DNA from: an uncultured Eubacteriales bacterium
GTDB lineage: Bacteria > Bacillota > Clostridia > Oscillospirales > Acutalibacteraceae
Direction of reading: 5' to 3'
DNA: 28,862 nucleotides
Assembly: GCA_900317795.1 (NCBI GenBank)
Contig: ONIF01000034.1
Coordinates: 1-28,862, forward strand
The translations under genes were made by a program, and so were the position numbers. A model generated the notes under the pieces. The model saw only the letters and a program-made list of their open reading frames with translations, was not told where the DNA came from and did no database searches. Shown here one piece after another: positions 8,093-16,906 of the stretch. How positions within the stretch are numbered: the first letter of the stretch is position 1; each line of letters opens with the position of its first letter.

Positions 8093-9804
8093 TTATTTAT
8101 AGTGCTTATCTCTTGCAACATAAGAGGTATGCAGATAGTGATGTGATTTTTCTCCGCCCGGAGCTTTAAAGTACTCGTCATAAATCATCTTGATAATCGG
8201 GCTGTCATCACATACTCTGAATTCGGAAGCTTTATCCTGGTCATAGAGAGCCTTGGAACGAAGTGCCTTGTAGTCAACGAAGTTGCTGACGCTGTCACTT
8301 CTGGTCGGCTGACCGCCGCCGTTGATACAGCCGCCAGGACAAGCCATGATTTCTACCATGTTATAGTCGGCTTCACCGTTCTTGATTTTCTCAACGAGCT
8401 TACGGGCATTGCCAAGACCTGATGTAACGGCTACTTTTACGGTTACGCCTGCTACTTCATAGGTTGCCTCACGGACAACTTCCGGTCCACGAACTTCTTC
8501 AAAGTCAACTTTCTCAAAGTTGCCGTCAAGAATTCTTGCAGCGGTACGCAGAGCAGCTTCCAGAACACCGCCTGTTGCACCGAAGATGACACCGCCGCCT
8601 GTTGCCTTGTTGAACGGAGCGTCAAAGTCCTCATCGGGCAGGCTTGCAAAATCAAGTCCTGCACGCTTTATCATTCTTGCCAATTCTCTCGTTGTCAATG
8701 CAACATCTACATCATCAAATTCGGGATTGGAACGGAGCTGAGGACGTGTTACTTCAAACTTCTTTGCAGTACACGGAATGACGCTGACTACAAAGACATC
8801 TTTCGGATCGATATTATTCTTCCAGCAGTAATAGCCTTTAAGCACTGCACCGAACATAGCCTGAGGTGATTTGCAGGTTGAAAGGTGCGGTATCATTTCG
8901 GGATAGTAATGCTCAACGAACTTAACCCAACCCGGACAGCATGATGTAAACATTGGCAGAGTGCCGCCGTTCTTTATTCTCTGAACGAGTTCATTTGCTT
9001 CTTCTATGATGGTAAGGTCTGCTGTAAAGTCCATGTTGAAAGCCTTTACATTGCCGCCCAATCTCTTGATAGCGGCAGCCATTTTGCCCTCTACATTGGT
9101 GCCTATGGGCATTCCGAAAGCTTCGCCCAAAGTAGCTTTGATAGACGGTGCTGTAAAGAAGAAAACTTTCTTTGTGGGGTCTGCAATCGCTTCCCAAACT
9201 TTATCCTCCTGCGGTTTCTCATACAAAGCACCGACAGGACAGCTTACTACGCACTGACCGCAGCCTACACACGGAGTATCATTCAAGCTCTTATCGAATG
9301 CACTGCCAACGTGAACGGAAAATCCACGGTTCATGCTGCTACGCAACGCATACAGTTGATACATTTATTATCATCACGAACAATATACGGTGAAAGGTCA
9401 TCTACTTCAAACATAGGTTCTTCTGTTTCAAAAGCGTCCTCGTCAACACCGTATTCAACAGCGAGTTTCTGAAGTTCGCAGTTCTGGTTTCTCACGCATG
9501 AAAGACATTTTTTATGGTGAGTGGAAAGGAGCAATTCAAGAGTTGTTTTTCTTGATTTGATAACAGCAGGAGTATTGGTGAATACTTCAAGACCTTCTTC
9601 GGCAGGATATGCACAAGCTGCCAAAAGTCCTCTGCGGTTTTTAGCCTCTACCATACAGACACGGCACGCACCTATACAGTTGATGTCTTTCAGATAGCAA
9701 AGAGTTGGTATTTCTATATTAGCCTCTTTTGCTGCCTGCAATATAGTATATCCCTTTGGAACTTCAACGGGAATGTTATTGATTTTAAGATGTACAGTTT
9801 CCAT
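8093..9804 (-). pseudogene. hydA: [FeFe]-hydrogenase catalytic subunit (HydA/HndD type, group A), split by a frameshifting deletion as sequenced
   Basis: Fragment 9331..9804 has a 2Fe-2S domain, an His-ligated cluster (HxxxCxxCxxxxxC) and an incomplete CxxCxxC ferredoxin motif. Fragment 8093..9334 has a ferredoxin motif and H-cluster motifs TSCCPGW, PCTAKKFE and MACPGGCINGGGQP. The break is at 9331-9334 (ATGA). Confidence 0.9.
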
Positions 9805-9819
9805 TAATACAGCCCCTCC

Positions 9820-11715
9820 TTATATAGCACGAATAGCACCGAACTTACAGTTAGCCTGACATACTCCGCACTTAATGCACTTGCTCTGGTCAATAACGTG
9901 CGGCTGCTTAACTGCACCACTGATAGCCTTAACAGGACAGTTTCTTGCACAAAGTGTACAGCCTCTGCACTTATCTTCGATAACTTCATATCTGATAAGT
10001 GACTTACAAACGCCTGCTTCACACTTTCCGTTATAGATATGGTCAATGTATTCCTGACGGAAGAATTTCAGTGTGGAAAGTATCGGGTTGGGAGCGGTCT
10101 GTCCCAATGCACAAAGTGATGACTTCTGCATATGCTCTGCAAGAGCCTCGATTTTCTCAATATCACCGTCTTCGCCCTTGCCGAGAGTGATTTTTTCAAG
10201 ATACTTCAAAAGTTTTCTTGTACCTACACGGCACGGTGTACACTTACCGCAGCTCTCATCAACCGTAAATTCAAGATAGAATTTCGCAATATCAACCATA
10301 CAAGCGTCTTCGTCAAGTACAATCATACCGCCCGAACCCATCATTGAACCGATAGCTGTAAGGCTCTCATAGTCAATAGGTGTATCAATATATTCGGCAG
10401 GAATACAACCGCCCGAAGGTCCGCCTGTCTGAGCAGCCTTGAACTTCTTACCGTTAGGAATACCTCCGCCGATTTCTTCGATTATCTCACGGAGAGTTGT
10501 ACCCATAGGAATTTCAACCAATCCGACGTTTGTAATTTTACCGCCAAGTGCAAATACTTTTGTACCCTTACTTGTTTCCGTACCCATTGAAGCATACCAC
10601 TGGCTGCCCTTACGGATAATCTGTGCGATATTTGCATAAGTTTCAACGTTGTTGAGTACCGTAGGCTTGTCGAAAAGTCCCTTTACGGCAGGGAACGGAG
10701 GACGGGGGCGAGGTTCACCACGATTGCCTGCAATAGATGTCATCAAAGCAGTTTCCTCACCGCATACAAATGCACCTGCACCAAGTCTTATCTCTATATC
10801 AAAGCTAAATCCGCTGCCGAGAATGTTTTCACCGAGGAAGCCGTATTCTCTTGCCTGTTCGAGAGCAATTTTCAGTCTTTCAACAGCGATGGGATATTCT
10901 GCACGAACATATACAAAACCTCTGCAAGCACCGATTGCATAACCTGCTATTGTCATAGCCTCTATGATACACTGAGGGTCACCTTCAAGGATTGAACGGT
11001 CCATGAATGCACCGGGGTCGCCCTCGTCGGCATTACAGCATACATATTTAATATCTCCGGGGCTTGCCTTTGCAAACATCCACTTTCTGCCTGTCGGGAA
11101 GCCGCCGCCGCCACGTCCACGCAAGCCCGAATCAAGCACTTCTTTAATAACTTCATCGGGGCTCATGGGAGTAAGCAGAACTTTTGCCAATGCCTGATAA
11201 CCGCTTGTTGCAATATATTCATTGATATTTTCGGGGTCGATACCGCCGCAGTTTCTCAGAGCAATACGACGCTGTTTCTTATAGAAATTGGTTTCCAAAA
11301 GAGGAGTAATTGTGCCGTCGGGCTTTACAGTTTCTTTGTAAAGGAGTTCTTTAACAACACTGCCGCCCTCTACGAGATGTTCTTTAACAATTCTCTTTAC
11401 ACCCTCGGGAGTAGCCTGTGAATAGAAAACACCCTCGGGATATACTATCATAATAGGACCGAGTGAGCAAAGACCGAAACAGCCTGTACGTACTACGAGT
11501 ACATCTTTGATATTATTTTCTTCAAGAGCTTCTTCGAGAGCTTTCAAAACTTTCTTACTGCCCGAAGATGTACAGCCTGTACCACCGCATACAAGTACCT
11601 GCTTGCGATACTGTGTATTGGCAGCGAGTTTTTCACTCTCTTCTGCAACGACTTTACGAACTTTTACGATGTCCTTATATTCATTTTTAATTTTATTGAG
11701 TTCTTCTAATGTCAT
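9820..11715 (-). CDS. hydB: NADH-binding flavoprotein subunit of the [FeFe]-hydrogenase (HydB/NuoF-like)
   Basis: N-terminal thioredoxin-like 2Fe-2S Cys motifs, SGLRGRGGGGFPTG, NADEGDPGAFMDR, GAGAFVCGEETAL, ESCGKCTPCR, and two C-terminal 4Fe-4S motifs. Confidence 0.95.
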   Translation of the reverse strand: MTLEELNKIKNEYKDIVKVRKVVAEESEKLAANTQYRKQVLVCGGTGCTSSGSKKVLKALEEALEENNIKDVLVVRTGCFGLCSLGPIMIVYPEGVFYSQATPEGVKRIVKEHLVEGGSVVKELLYKETVKPDGTITPLLETNFYKKQRRIALRNCGGIDPENINEYIATSGYQALAKVLLTPMSPDEVIKEVLDSGLRGRGGGGFPTGRKWMFAKASPGDIKYVCCNADEGDPGAFMDRSILEGDPQCIIEAMTIAGYAIGACRGFVYVRAEYPIAVERLKIALEQAREYGFLGENILGSGFSFDIEIRLGAGAFVCGEETALMTSIAGNRGEPRPRPPFPAVKGLFDKPTVLNNVETYANIAQIIRKGSQWYASMGTETSKGTKVFALGGKITNVGLVEIPMGTTLREIIEEIGGGIPNGKKFKAAQTGGPSGGCIPAEYIDTPIDYESLTAIGSMMGSGGMIVLDEDACMVDIAKFYLEFTVDESCGKCTPCRVGTRKLLKYLEKITLGKGEDGDIEKIEALAEHMQKSSLCALGQTAPNPILSTLKFFRQEYIDHIYNGKCEAGVCKSLIRYEVIEDKCRGCTLCARNCPVKAISGAVKQPHVIDQSKCIKCGVCQANCKFGAIRAI

Positions 11716-12221
11716 TATTGATTTCCCCCTTCTTCTTTTATATACTTGTCAAGAATTTTTCCAACAAGGTCGGGGGTGAGTTTTCCGTAAACTTCCTCGT
11801 CAACCATCATTACAGGTGCAAGACCGCACGCACCTACACAACGGCATGAATCAATAGAGAACAGTCCGTCAGCCGTACACTCACCGCTCTTGATACCGAG
11901 CTTTTTCTCAACTGCCGCAAGTACCTTGTCTGCACCCTTTACATAACATGCCGTTCCAAGACAGACACTAATTCTGTGCTTGCCTTTTGGAGTAAGGCTG
12001 AATCTTGAATAGAACGTAGCAACACCGTAAACCTCACTGAGCGAAATGCCGAGACCATCAGCAACCATCTGCTGTACCTCTATGGGAAGGTAACCGTAGA
12101 TTTCCTGAGCCTCATGGAGTACGGGGAGCAGTGCACCCTGCATGTCTTTGTTCTGAGCGATAACTTCAAGAAGCTTTTTTTCCTGTTCCTGAGTTCCCTG
12201 GAAAGGGATATTATCTGCCAT
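11715..12221 (-). CDS. hydC: 2Fe-2S subunit of the [FeFe]-hydrogenase (HydC/NuoE-like)
   Basis: VYGVATFYSRF, VCLGTACYVKG, CVGACGLAPV. Start at ATG 12221 after GGAGGA; TAATG overlap with hydB. Confidence 0.93.
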   Translation of the reverse strand: MADNIPFQGTQEQEKKLLEVIAQNKDMQGALLPVLHEAQEIYGYLPIEVQQMVADGLGISLSEVYGVATFYSRFSLTPKGKHRISVCLGTACYVKGADKVLAAVEKKLGIKSGECTADGLFSIDSCRCVGACGLAPVMMVDEEVYGKLTPDLVGKILDKYIKEEGGNQ

Positions 12222-12310
12222 TTGTATTCCTCCAAATCTTAAATAAATTTTTTGGACATATCGGACAGGCACAATCATACCCTAAAACCGATATACTCCG
12301 TCTTTAAACC

Positions 12311-12339
12311 ATTATACTAATTTTTCAATCCAAATACAA
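12311..12339 (-). promoter_or_regulatory. Sigma-A promoter of hydCBA
   Basis: TTGTAT, 17 bp, TATAAT. Confidence 0.6.
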
Positions 12340-12412
12340 GGATTTTTTATAAATTTTTTAATATTTTTTTTGGAAAAACATCGAAAAATTGCATAATTCG
12401 AAAAAATCGGAC

Positions 12413-12445
12413 TTATCCACAAAAATTCACTGTATTTTTTGTGGA
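12413..12445. promoter_or_regulatory. Inverted repeat (candidate operator) overlapping a perfect DnaA-box 9-mer
   Basis: TCCACAAAAA-N10-TTTTTGTGGA (12416-12445); TTATCCACA at 12413-12421. Confidence 0.35.
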
Positions 12446-12549
12446 ATATTTTGGGGTTTGAAAATCATTTTATATTCTTTTAAAGAATTATAAAACATCT
12501 GCTCTATATTAAAATTGAATTAAAATCATCAGAGAAAGAGGGACTTTTT

Positions 12550-15500
12550 ATGACAAATGCAAAACGCTGTTTTAAAAAAGCAACAAGCCTTTTTATGTCG
12601 GCAATACTGTCCGTATCGGTATTTTCGGGAATAGGCACTTTAAACGCCAATGCCGTTTCCTATTCCGAAATGTCGGCACTTGACCGGTATGCTTACAGCG
12701 GAAATGACTTAGGGGCAACCTACTCGAAATCTTCAACAACTTTCAAAGTGTGGGCACCTACTGCATCAAAAGTGCAGATAAAACGTTACAAGACGGGCAG
12801 TGATACCGAAACGGGTGCAGGCATTATCGAAACAAAGGACATGACCAAACAAAGTCAGGGTGTATGGTCTGTCACCATTTCGGGTGATTTGAAAAATACC
12901 TATTACACCTATCTCGTGACGGTTGACGGCACGACAAGAGAAACTGTTGATATTTATGCACGTTCCACAGGTGTCAACGGTATGCGTGGAATGGTGCTTG
13001 ACCTCGACAGCACAGACCCCGCAGGCTGGGAAAATGACAAACGTGTTGAATGTGAAAACCAAACTGACGCTATTATCTGGGAGGCTCATGTAAGGGATTT
13101 CTCCTCCTCATCAGATTCGGGCATGACCAATAAAGGCAAATTCCTTGCCTTTACCGAAACAGGCACTACCGTCAACGGTGACGGCATTCATAAAACAGGT
13201 ATCGATTATCTGGAAGATTTGGGCATTACTCATGTACATCTCCTCCCCGTCTATGACTACGGCAGTGTTGACGAAACAAAACTCAGTACAGACCAATTCA
13301 ACTGGGGCTATGACCCTATGAACTACAACACCCCCGAAGGCTCTTATTCGACAAACCCCTATGACGGAAGTGTCCGTGTAAAGGAGTTTAAACAAATGGT
13401 GCAGGCTCTGCATAAGAAAAATATCGGTGTTGTCATGGACGTTGTCTATAACCACACCTATGCAGGCTCTGACAATAAAAATGACTGGTTCAATTATACC
13501 GTTCCCAATTACTATTACAGACAGAATGCAAAGGGTACTTTCTCCAACGGCTCGGGCTGCGGAAATGAAACCGCCAGTGACCGTGCCATGTATCAGAAAT
13601 ACATGATAGACTCCCTTACCTACTGGGCTACGGAATATCACCTTGATGGTTTCAGATTTGACCTCATGGGCATACATGATGTAGATACCATGAATGCCAT
13701 TCGTGCGGCTCTCGATAAAATCGACCCCGATATTCTCATATACGGTGAGCCTTGGACAGCAGAGGCTACTCCCTGTCCGAAAGCAACAGCCGTTCAAGGC
13801 AATATGAAACTTGTTTCGGAAGAAATAGCCGCTTTCAACGATAAAGTCAGAGATGCCATCAAAGGCAGCTGCTTTAATGCGGCAGACCCCGGATTTATTC
13901 AAGGTGCAGGCTATGAAGAAGCCCTCAAAGGCGGTATTCAGGCAAATTCAACCACAATGGCAGGCGACAGCCAATGGTCTAAACAGCCCTCCCAAACCGT
14001 CACATACACCTCCGCACATGATAACTACACCCTTTATGATAAGCTTGTTAAATCCGTCAAAGGCGGTTCGGGCTACGGAAACAGATATGATGACCTTGTT
14101 GCCATGAATAAGCTTGCAGGCGGTATCATTCTCACTTCACAGGGTATGTCTTTCTTCCAGGCAGGCGAGGAATTTGCAAGGAGTAAATACGGTGACGAAA
14201 ACAGCTATAAATCCGCTACTTCCGTCAACCAGCTCAAATGGCAGAATACCATTACTTACAGCGACATTTACGAATATTACAAAGGTCTTATTGAAATCAG
14301 AAAAGCATATTCACCTTTCAGAGATCCCACAAACACCTCCAACGGCACTATCTATTTTTCATGGGGAACATCATGCCCCGCAAGTGTCGTTGCATTCACC
14401 ATGTACAATAAAATCAATCCCGACAGTGAATGGAATTTCGTTGCGGTAATCCATAATGCCAATGCCTCAGAAAAAACCGTTACTCTCCGCACTTATGACG
14501 ATGTAACACTTCCGTCGCAATGGGTAATCCTTGCAAACGGCACAAAAGCAGGTACAACCTCCCTCGGCACAACAAGCAGTACCGTTACCGTTCCCGCACG
14601 TTCCACAATGGTTCTCGTTGACAAAACAAGCTTTGACAATACAAGCCTTGACAAAAAATGCACTGTCACCGTAAACCACGTTTTAAACGGTCTGAACTAT
14701 AAAACCGAAACCCTCAAAGGTGATGAAGGCACAAGCTATACAACTTCTCCCCTTTCCGAGCTTATCAGCGACGGCTATAAGTACAGCATCACGGGTTATC
14801 CAAGCGGTACTTTCTCAAAAACAGGTGCAACTGTTACCTATACCTACACAACAGACCCGTCAAAACTTGGTACGCTCACCATAAAATATCAAGATGCCGA
14901 AACAGGTCAGGCATTAAGAGATGATGACAATTACACCGGACTGATAGGAAATTCATATGGTTTCAATGTGAGAAAGATAAGCGGTTATGAATGTGATACC
15001 CGGGAGATAAGAGGCAAATTTGAAAGTACCCCCACTACCGTAATATTGAAATATTATGCAGTCGAACAGGATACTCTCAAAGTGCATTACTATAATTCAT
15101 CGGGCTGGTCAACGGTTTGTATGTACGTCTATAAAGGCAGTGGAACAAGTGCCACACAGCTTTCGGGGGCATGGCCGGGCAAAGCTATGACAAAAGAAAG
15201 TGACGGCTGGTATGTCGGTGAAGTGGATACATCAGACAGTGTATTGTTCATTGCCAACAATAACAATGCAGGCAGTCAGGACCCTACGGGTGTCGGCTCA
15301 ACAGGCTATACGGTACAGGGTGAAGTATGGATAAAATCCGGTAAAGTCTATCCCACAGGCAAAGTTACGGTAAATTATGTTACCGAGTCCGGAAAACCGC
15401 TTGCCAAGCAGGTGCTGAGCGGAATGGCTGACGGTACAAATAAATATACCACCTCCGCAAAGACTTTTGACGGCTATACCCTTACTGCTACCCCCTCCAA

Positions 15501-16401
15501 TGCAACAGGCATTTTTACGGAAAATACGATAACCGTAAACTATATATACCAAACGGCACAGCCCGCAGAACTTCAGAATACTTCAACACTTTCTTCTACA
15601 AACATAACTCTCGGTGATACAATAACCGCCACAGGCTCTGCAACGGGCGGTGTGCCTGTATATCAGTATCAAGTGGTTTACAAGAAAACTTCCGACACCA
15701 AATGGACTACCGCTCAAAGCTACCAATACAATTCAACCGTTACTTTCAAACCTGCCTCGGCAACAACTTACGATGTTTGCGTAAAAGTCAAGGACAGCAC
15801 AGGCACGGTTGAAAAGAAATACTTCACTGTCAAAGTAACGGGCGGTGCATTGACAAACAATTCAAAAATCTCTGCAACAAGCATTACTCTCGGTGATACC
15901 GTGAAATTGACGGGTGCAGCGTCGGGCGGTTCCGGCTCATATAAATATGCCGTTTATTACAAAGCTTCTACCGCTTCAACGTGGACTACAAAACAGGATT
16001 TCAATACAAATACTTCCGTTTCAATAAAATTTGCCGGCACAGGTACAAAAGATGTATGTATCAAAGTAAAAGACAGTGCAGGCACAGTTGAAAAGAAATA
16101 CTTCACTGTCAAAGTAACGAGCGGTGCATTGACAAACAACTCAAAAATCTCCGCAACAAGCGTTACACTCGGAAATTCCATCACATTGACAGGTGCGGCT
16201 TCGGGCGGCTCCGGCTCATATAAATATGCCGCATATTACAAGAGTTCCTCCGCTTCTACATGGAATACCAAACAGGAATTCAATGCCAATAACTCCATTT
16301 CCATCAAGTTCACGGGCAAGGGTATAAAAGATGTATGTATCAAAGTCAAGGACAGCTCGGGCACAGTGGCTAAAAAATACTTTACAGTAACAGTTAAATA
16401 A
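12550..16401 (+). CDS. pulA: Secreted multidomain type I pullulanase (CBM48-GH13, MucBP-like domains, CBM26-like starch-binding module, three C-terminal repeats)
   Basis: Signal peptide ending ANA; FKVWAPTAS (CBM48); FNWGYDP, VVMDVVYNH, DGFRFDLMG, IYGEPW and SAHDNYTL catalytic motifs; WSTVCMYVY...AWPGKAMTKESDGWY starch-binding-type module (about 15076-15355). Confidence 0.93.
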   Translation: MTNAKRCFKKATSLFMSAILSVSVFSGIGTLNANAVSYSEMSALDRYAYSGNDLGATYSKSSTTFKVWAPTASKVQIKRYKTGSDTETGAGIIETKDMTKQSQGVWSVTISGDLKNTYYTYLVTVDGTTRETVDIYARSTGVNGMRGMVLDLDSTDPAGWENDKRVECENQTDAIIWEAHVRDFSSSSDSGMTNKGKFLAFTETGTTVNGDGIHKTGIDYLEDLGITHVHLLPVYDYGSVDETKLSTDQFNWGYDPMNYNTPEGSYSTNPYDGSVRVKEFKQMVQALHKKNIGVVMDVVYNHTYAGSDNKNDWFNYTVPNYYYRQNAKGTFSNGSGCGNETASDRAMYQKYMIDSLTYWATEYHLDGFRFDLMGIHDVDTMNAIRAALDKIDPDILIYGEPWTAEATPCPKATAVQGNMKLVSEEIAAFNDKVRDAIKGSCFNAADPGFIQGAGYEEALKGGIQANSTTMAGDSQWSKQPSQTVTYTSAHDNYTLYDKLVKSVKGGSGYGNRYDDLVAMNKLAGGIILTSQGMSFFQAGEEFARSKYGDENSYKSATSVNQLKWQNTITYSDIYEYYKGLIEIRKAYSPFRDPTNTSNGTIYFSWGTSCPASVVAFTMYNKINPDSEWNFVAVIHNANASEKTVTLRTYDDVTLPSQWVILANGTKAGTTSLGTTSSTVTVPARSTMVLVDKTSFDNTSLDKKCTVTVNHVLNGLNYKTETLKGDEGTSYTTSPLSELISDGYKYSITGYPSGTFSKTGATVTYTYTTDPSKLGTLTIKYQDAETGQALRDDDNYTGLIGNSYGFNVRKISGYECDTREIRGKFESTPTTVILKYYAVEQDTLKVHYYNSSGWSTVCMYVYKGSGTSATQLSGAWPGKAMTKESDGWYVGEVDTSDSVLFIANNNNAGSQDPTGVGSTGYTVQGEVWIKSGKVYPTGKVTVNYVTESGKPLAKQVLSGMADGTNKYTTSAKTFDGYTLTATPSNATGIFTENTITVNYIYQTAQPAELQNTSTLSSTNITLGDTITATGSATGGVPVYQYQVVYKKTSDTKWTTAQSYQYNSTVTFKPASATTYDVCVKVKDSTGTVEKKYFTVKVTGGALTNNSKISATSITLGDTVKLTGAASGGSGSYKYAVYYKASTASTWTTKQDFNTNTSVSIKFAGTGTKDVCIKVKDSAGTVEKKYFTVKVTSGALTNNSKISATSVTLGNSITLTGAASGGSGSYKYAAYYKSSSASTWNTKQEFNANNSISIKFTGKGIKDVCIKVKDSSGTVAKKYFTVTVK
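15571..16398 (+). repeat. Three tandem 279-bp (93-aa) coding repeats
   Basis: Units start at 15571, 15850 and 16129. Shared pattern LxNxSxISxTxITLG..GG...Y.Y.VYYK...W...YDVC(V/I)KVKDS.G.V.KKYFTV.V. Confidence 0.9.
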
Positions 16402-16415
16402 ACGACAAAATACAG

Positions 16416-16460
16416 CCGCCTGCAAGGACACAAAAAAATCCTTGCAGGCGGTCTTTTCTT
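16416..16460 (+). terminator. Intrinsic terminator of the pullulanase gene
   Basis: Perfect 13-bp stem CCGCCTGCAAGGA/TCCTTGCAGGCGG followed by TCTTTTCTT. Confidence 0.88.
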
Positions 16461-16534
16461 ATAATACAAGCGGGTAACACAATGAGTAATAGGACAAATT
16501 TTTTCAAAATCCAACACAATTTTTTATTTTTACG

Positions 16535-16585
16535 CAAAGAAAAACCGCATGAACATCAAGCTAAAAAGCCTGTATTCATGCGGTT
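16535..16585 (-). terminator. Terminator hairpin downstream of the tRNA-Ser pair
   Basis: AACCGCAUGAA/UUCAUGCGGUU stem followed by UUUCUUU on the minus strand. Confidence 0.7.
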
Positions 16586-16589
16586 CTGA

Positions 16590-16676
16590 CGGAGGACAAG
16601 GGATTTGAACCCTCGCGCCGGTTTCCCGACCTACTCCCTTAGCAGGGGAGCCTCTTCACCACTTGAGTAATCCTCC
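16590..16676 (-). tRNA. tRNA-Ser(GCT), CCA not encoded
   Basis: Acceptor stem GGAGGAU/GUCCUCC, anticodon arm CUCCC-CUGCUAA-GGGAG, long variable arm, GGUUCAAAUCC T arm; followed by TCA rather than CCA. Confidence 0.96.
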
Positions 16677-16699
16677 ACGATAACCAATACGGTGAAACT

Positions 16700-16719
16700 A
16701 TTATGCATTATGAATTGAA
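16700..16719 (+). repeat. Short heptamer array between the two tRNA genes
   Basis: attatgc attatga attgaa, the same unit as at 26236-26266. Confidence 0.55.
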
Positions 16720-16722
16720 AAG

Positions 16723-16811
16723 TGGCGGAGAGGATGGGATTCGAACCCATGTGACGTTTCCGTCAAACGGTTTTCAAGACCGCCTCGTTATGACCGCTTC
16801 GATACCTCTCC
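16723..16811 (-). tRNA. tRNA-Ser(TGA)
   Basis: GGAGAGG/CCUCUCC acceptor stem, GCGGU-CUUGAAA-ACCGU anticodon arm, long variable arm, GGUUCGAAUCC, encoded CCA. Confidence 0.97.
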
Positions 16812-16850
16812 ACATATTTCCGCTGCAGTGCTTTCCCTGCAACGTTTAAT

Positions 16851-16879
16851 ATGATAACATATTTAACTTGATTTGTCAA
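16851..16879 (-). promoter_or_regulatory. Sigma-A promoter of the tRNA-Ser pair
   Basis: TTGACA, 17 bp, TGtTATCAT. Confidence 0.75.
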
Positions 16880-16906
16880 TAGTTTTTATAAAAAAATATA
16901 TATTTT

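Noticed and set aside
9331-9333. TGA exactly where a Cys is expected in HydA: selenocysteine or stop read-through?
   Set aside because: Read-through gives TVDFPFTLAVHSIRA*, which is non-homologous. The homologous continuation is in another frame and residues are missing.
9320-9364. Programmed ribosomal frameshift in hydA (or at 22265 in the dnaC-like gene)
   Set aside because: No slippery heptamer at either junction, and conserved residues are absent from all frames, which frameshifting cannot restore.
12222-12420. Rex box upstream of hydC
   Set aside because: No TTGTKAA-N4-TTMACAA-like palindrome was found by eye.
12413-12421. Replication origin suggested by a DnaA box
   Set aside because: A single perfect box, with no box cluster and no dnaA/dnaN context.
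12459-12472. cre/LacI-like site TGAAAATCATTTTA upstream of the pullulanase
   Set aside because: It lacks the central CG and terminal CA of the consensus, in a very AT-rich background.
13111-13902. 263-aa antisense ORF, and similar long antisense or overlapping ORFs (2706-3254, 19683-20348, 20146-20775, 24377-25027, 27009-27671)
   Set aside because: They are shadows of well-supported genes on the opposite strand, with no RBS or recognisable motifs.
12550-16811. Pullulanase as a tRNA-Ser-integrated genomic island
   Set aside because: I found no duplication of either tRNA 3' end on the far side (12240-12550), and no integrase or other mobility gene.
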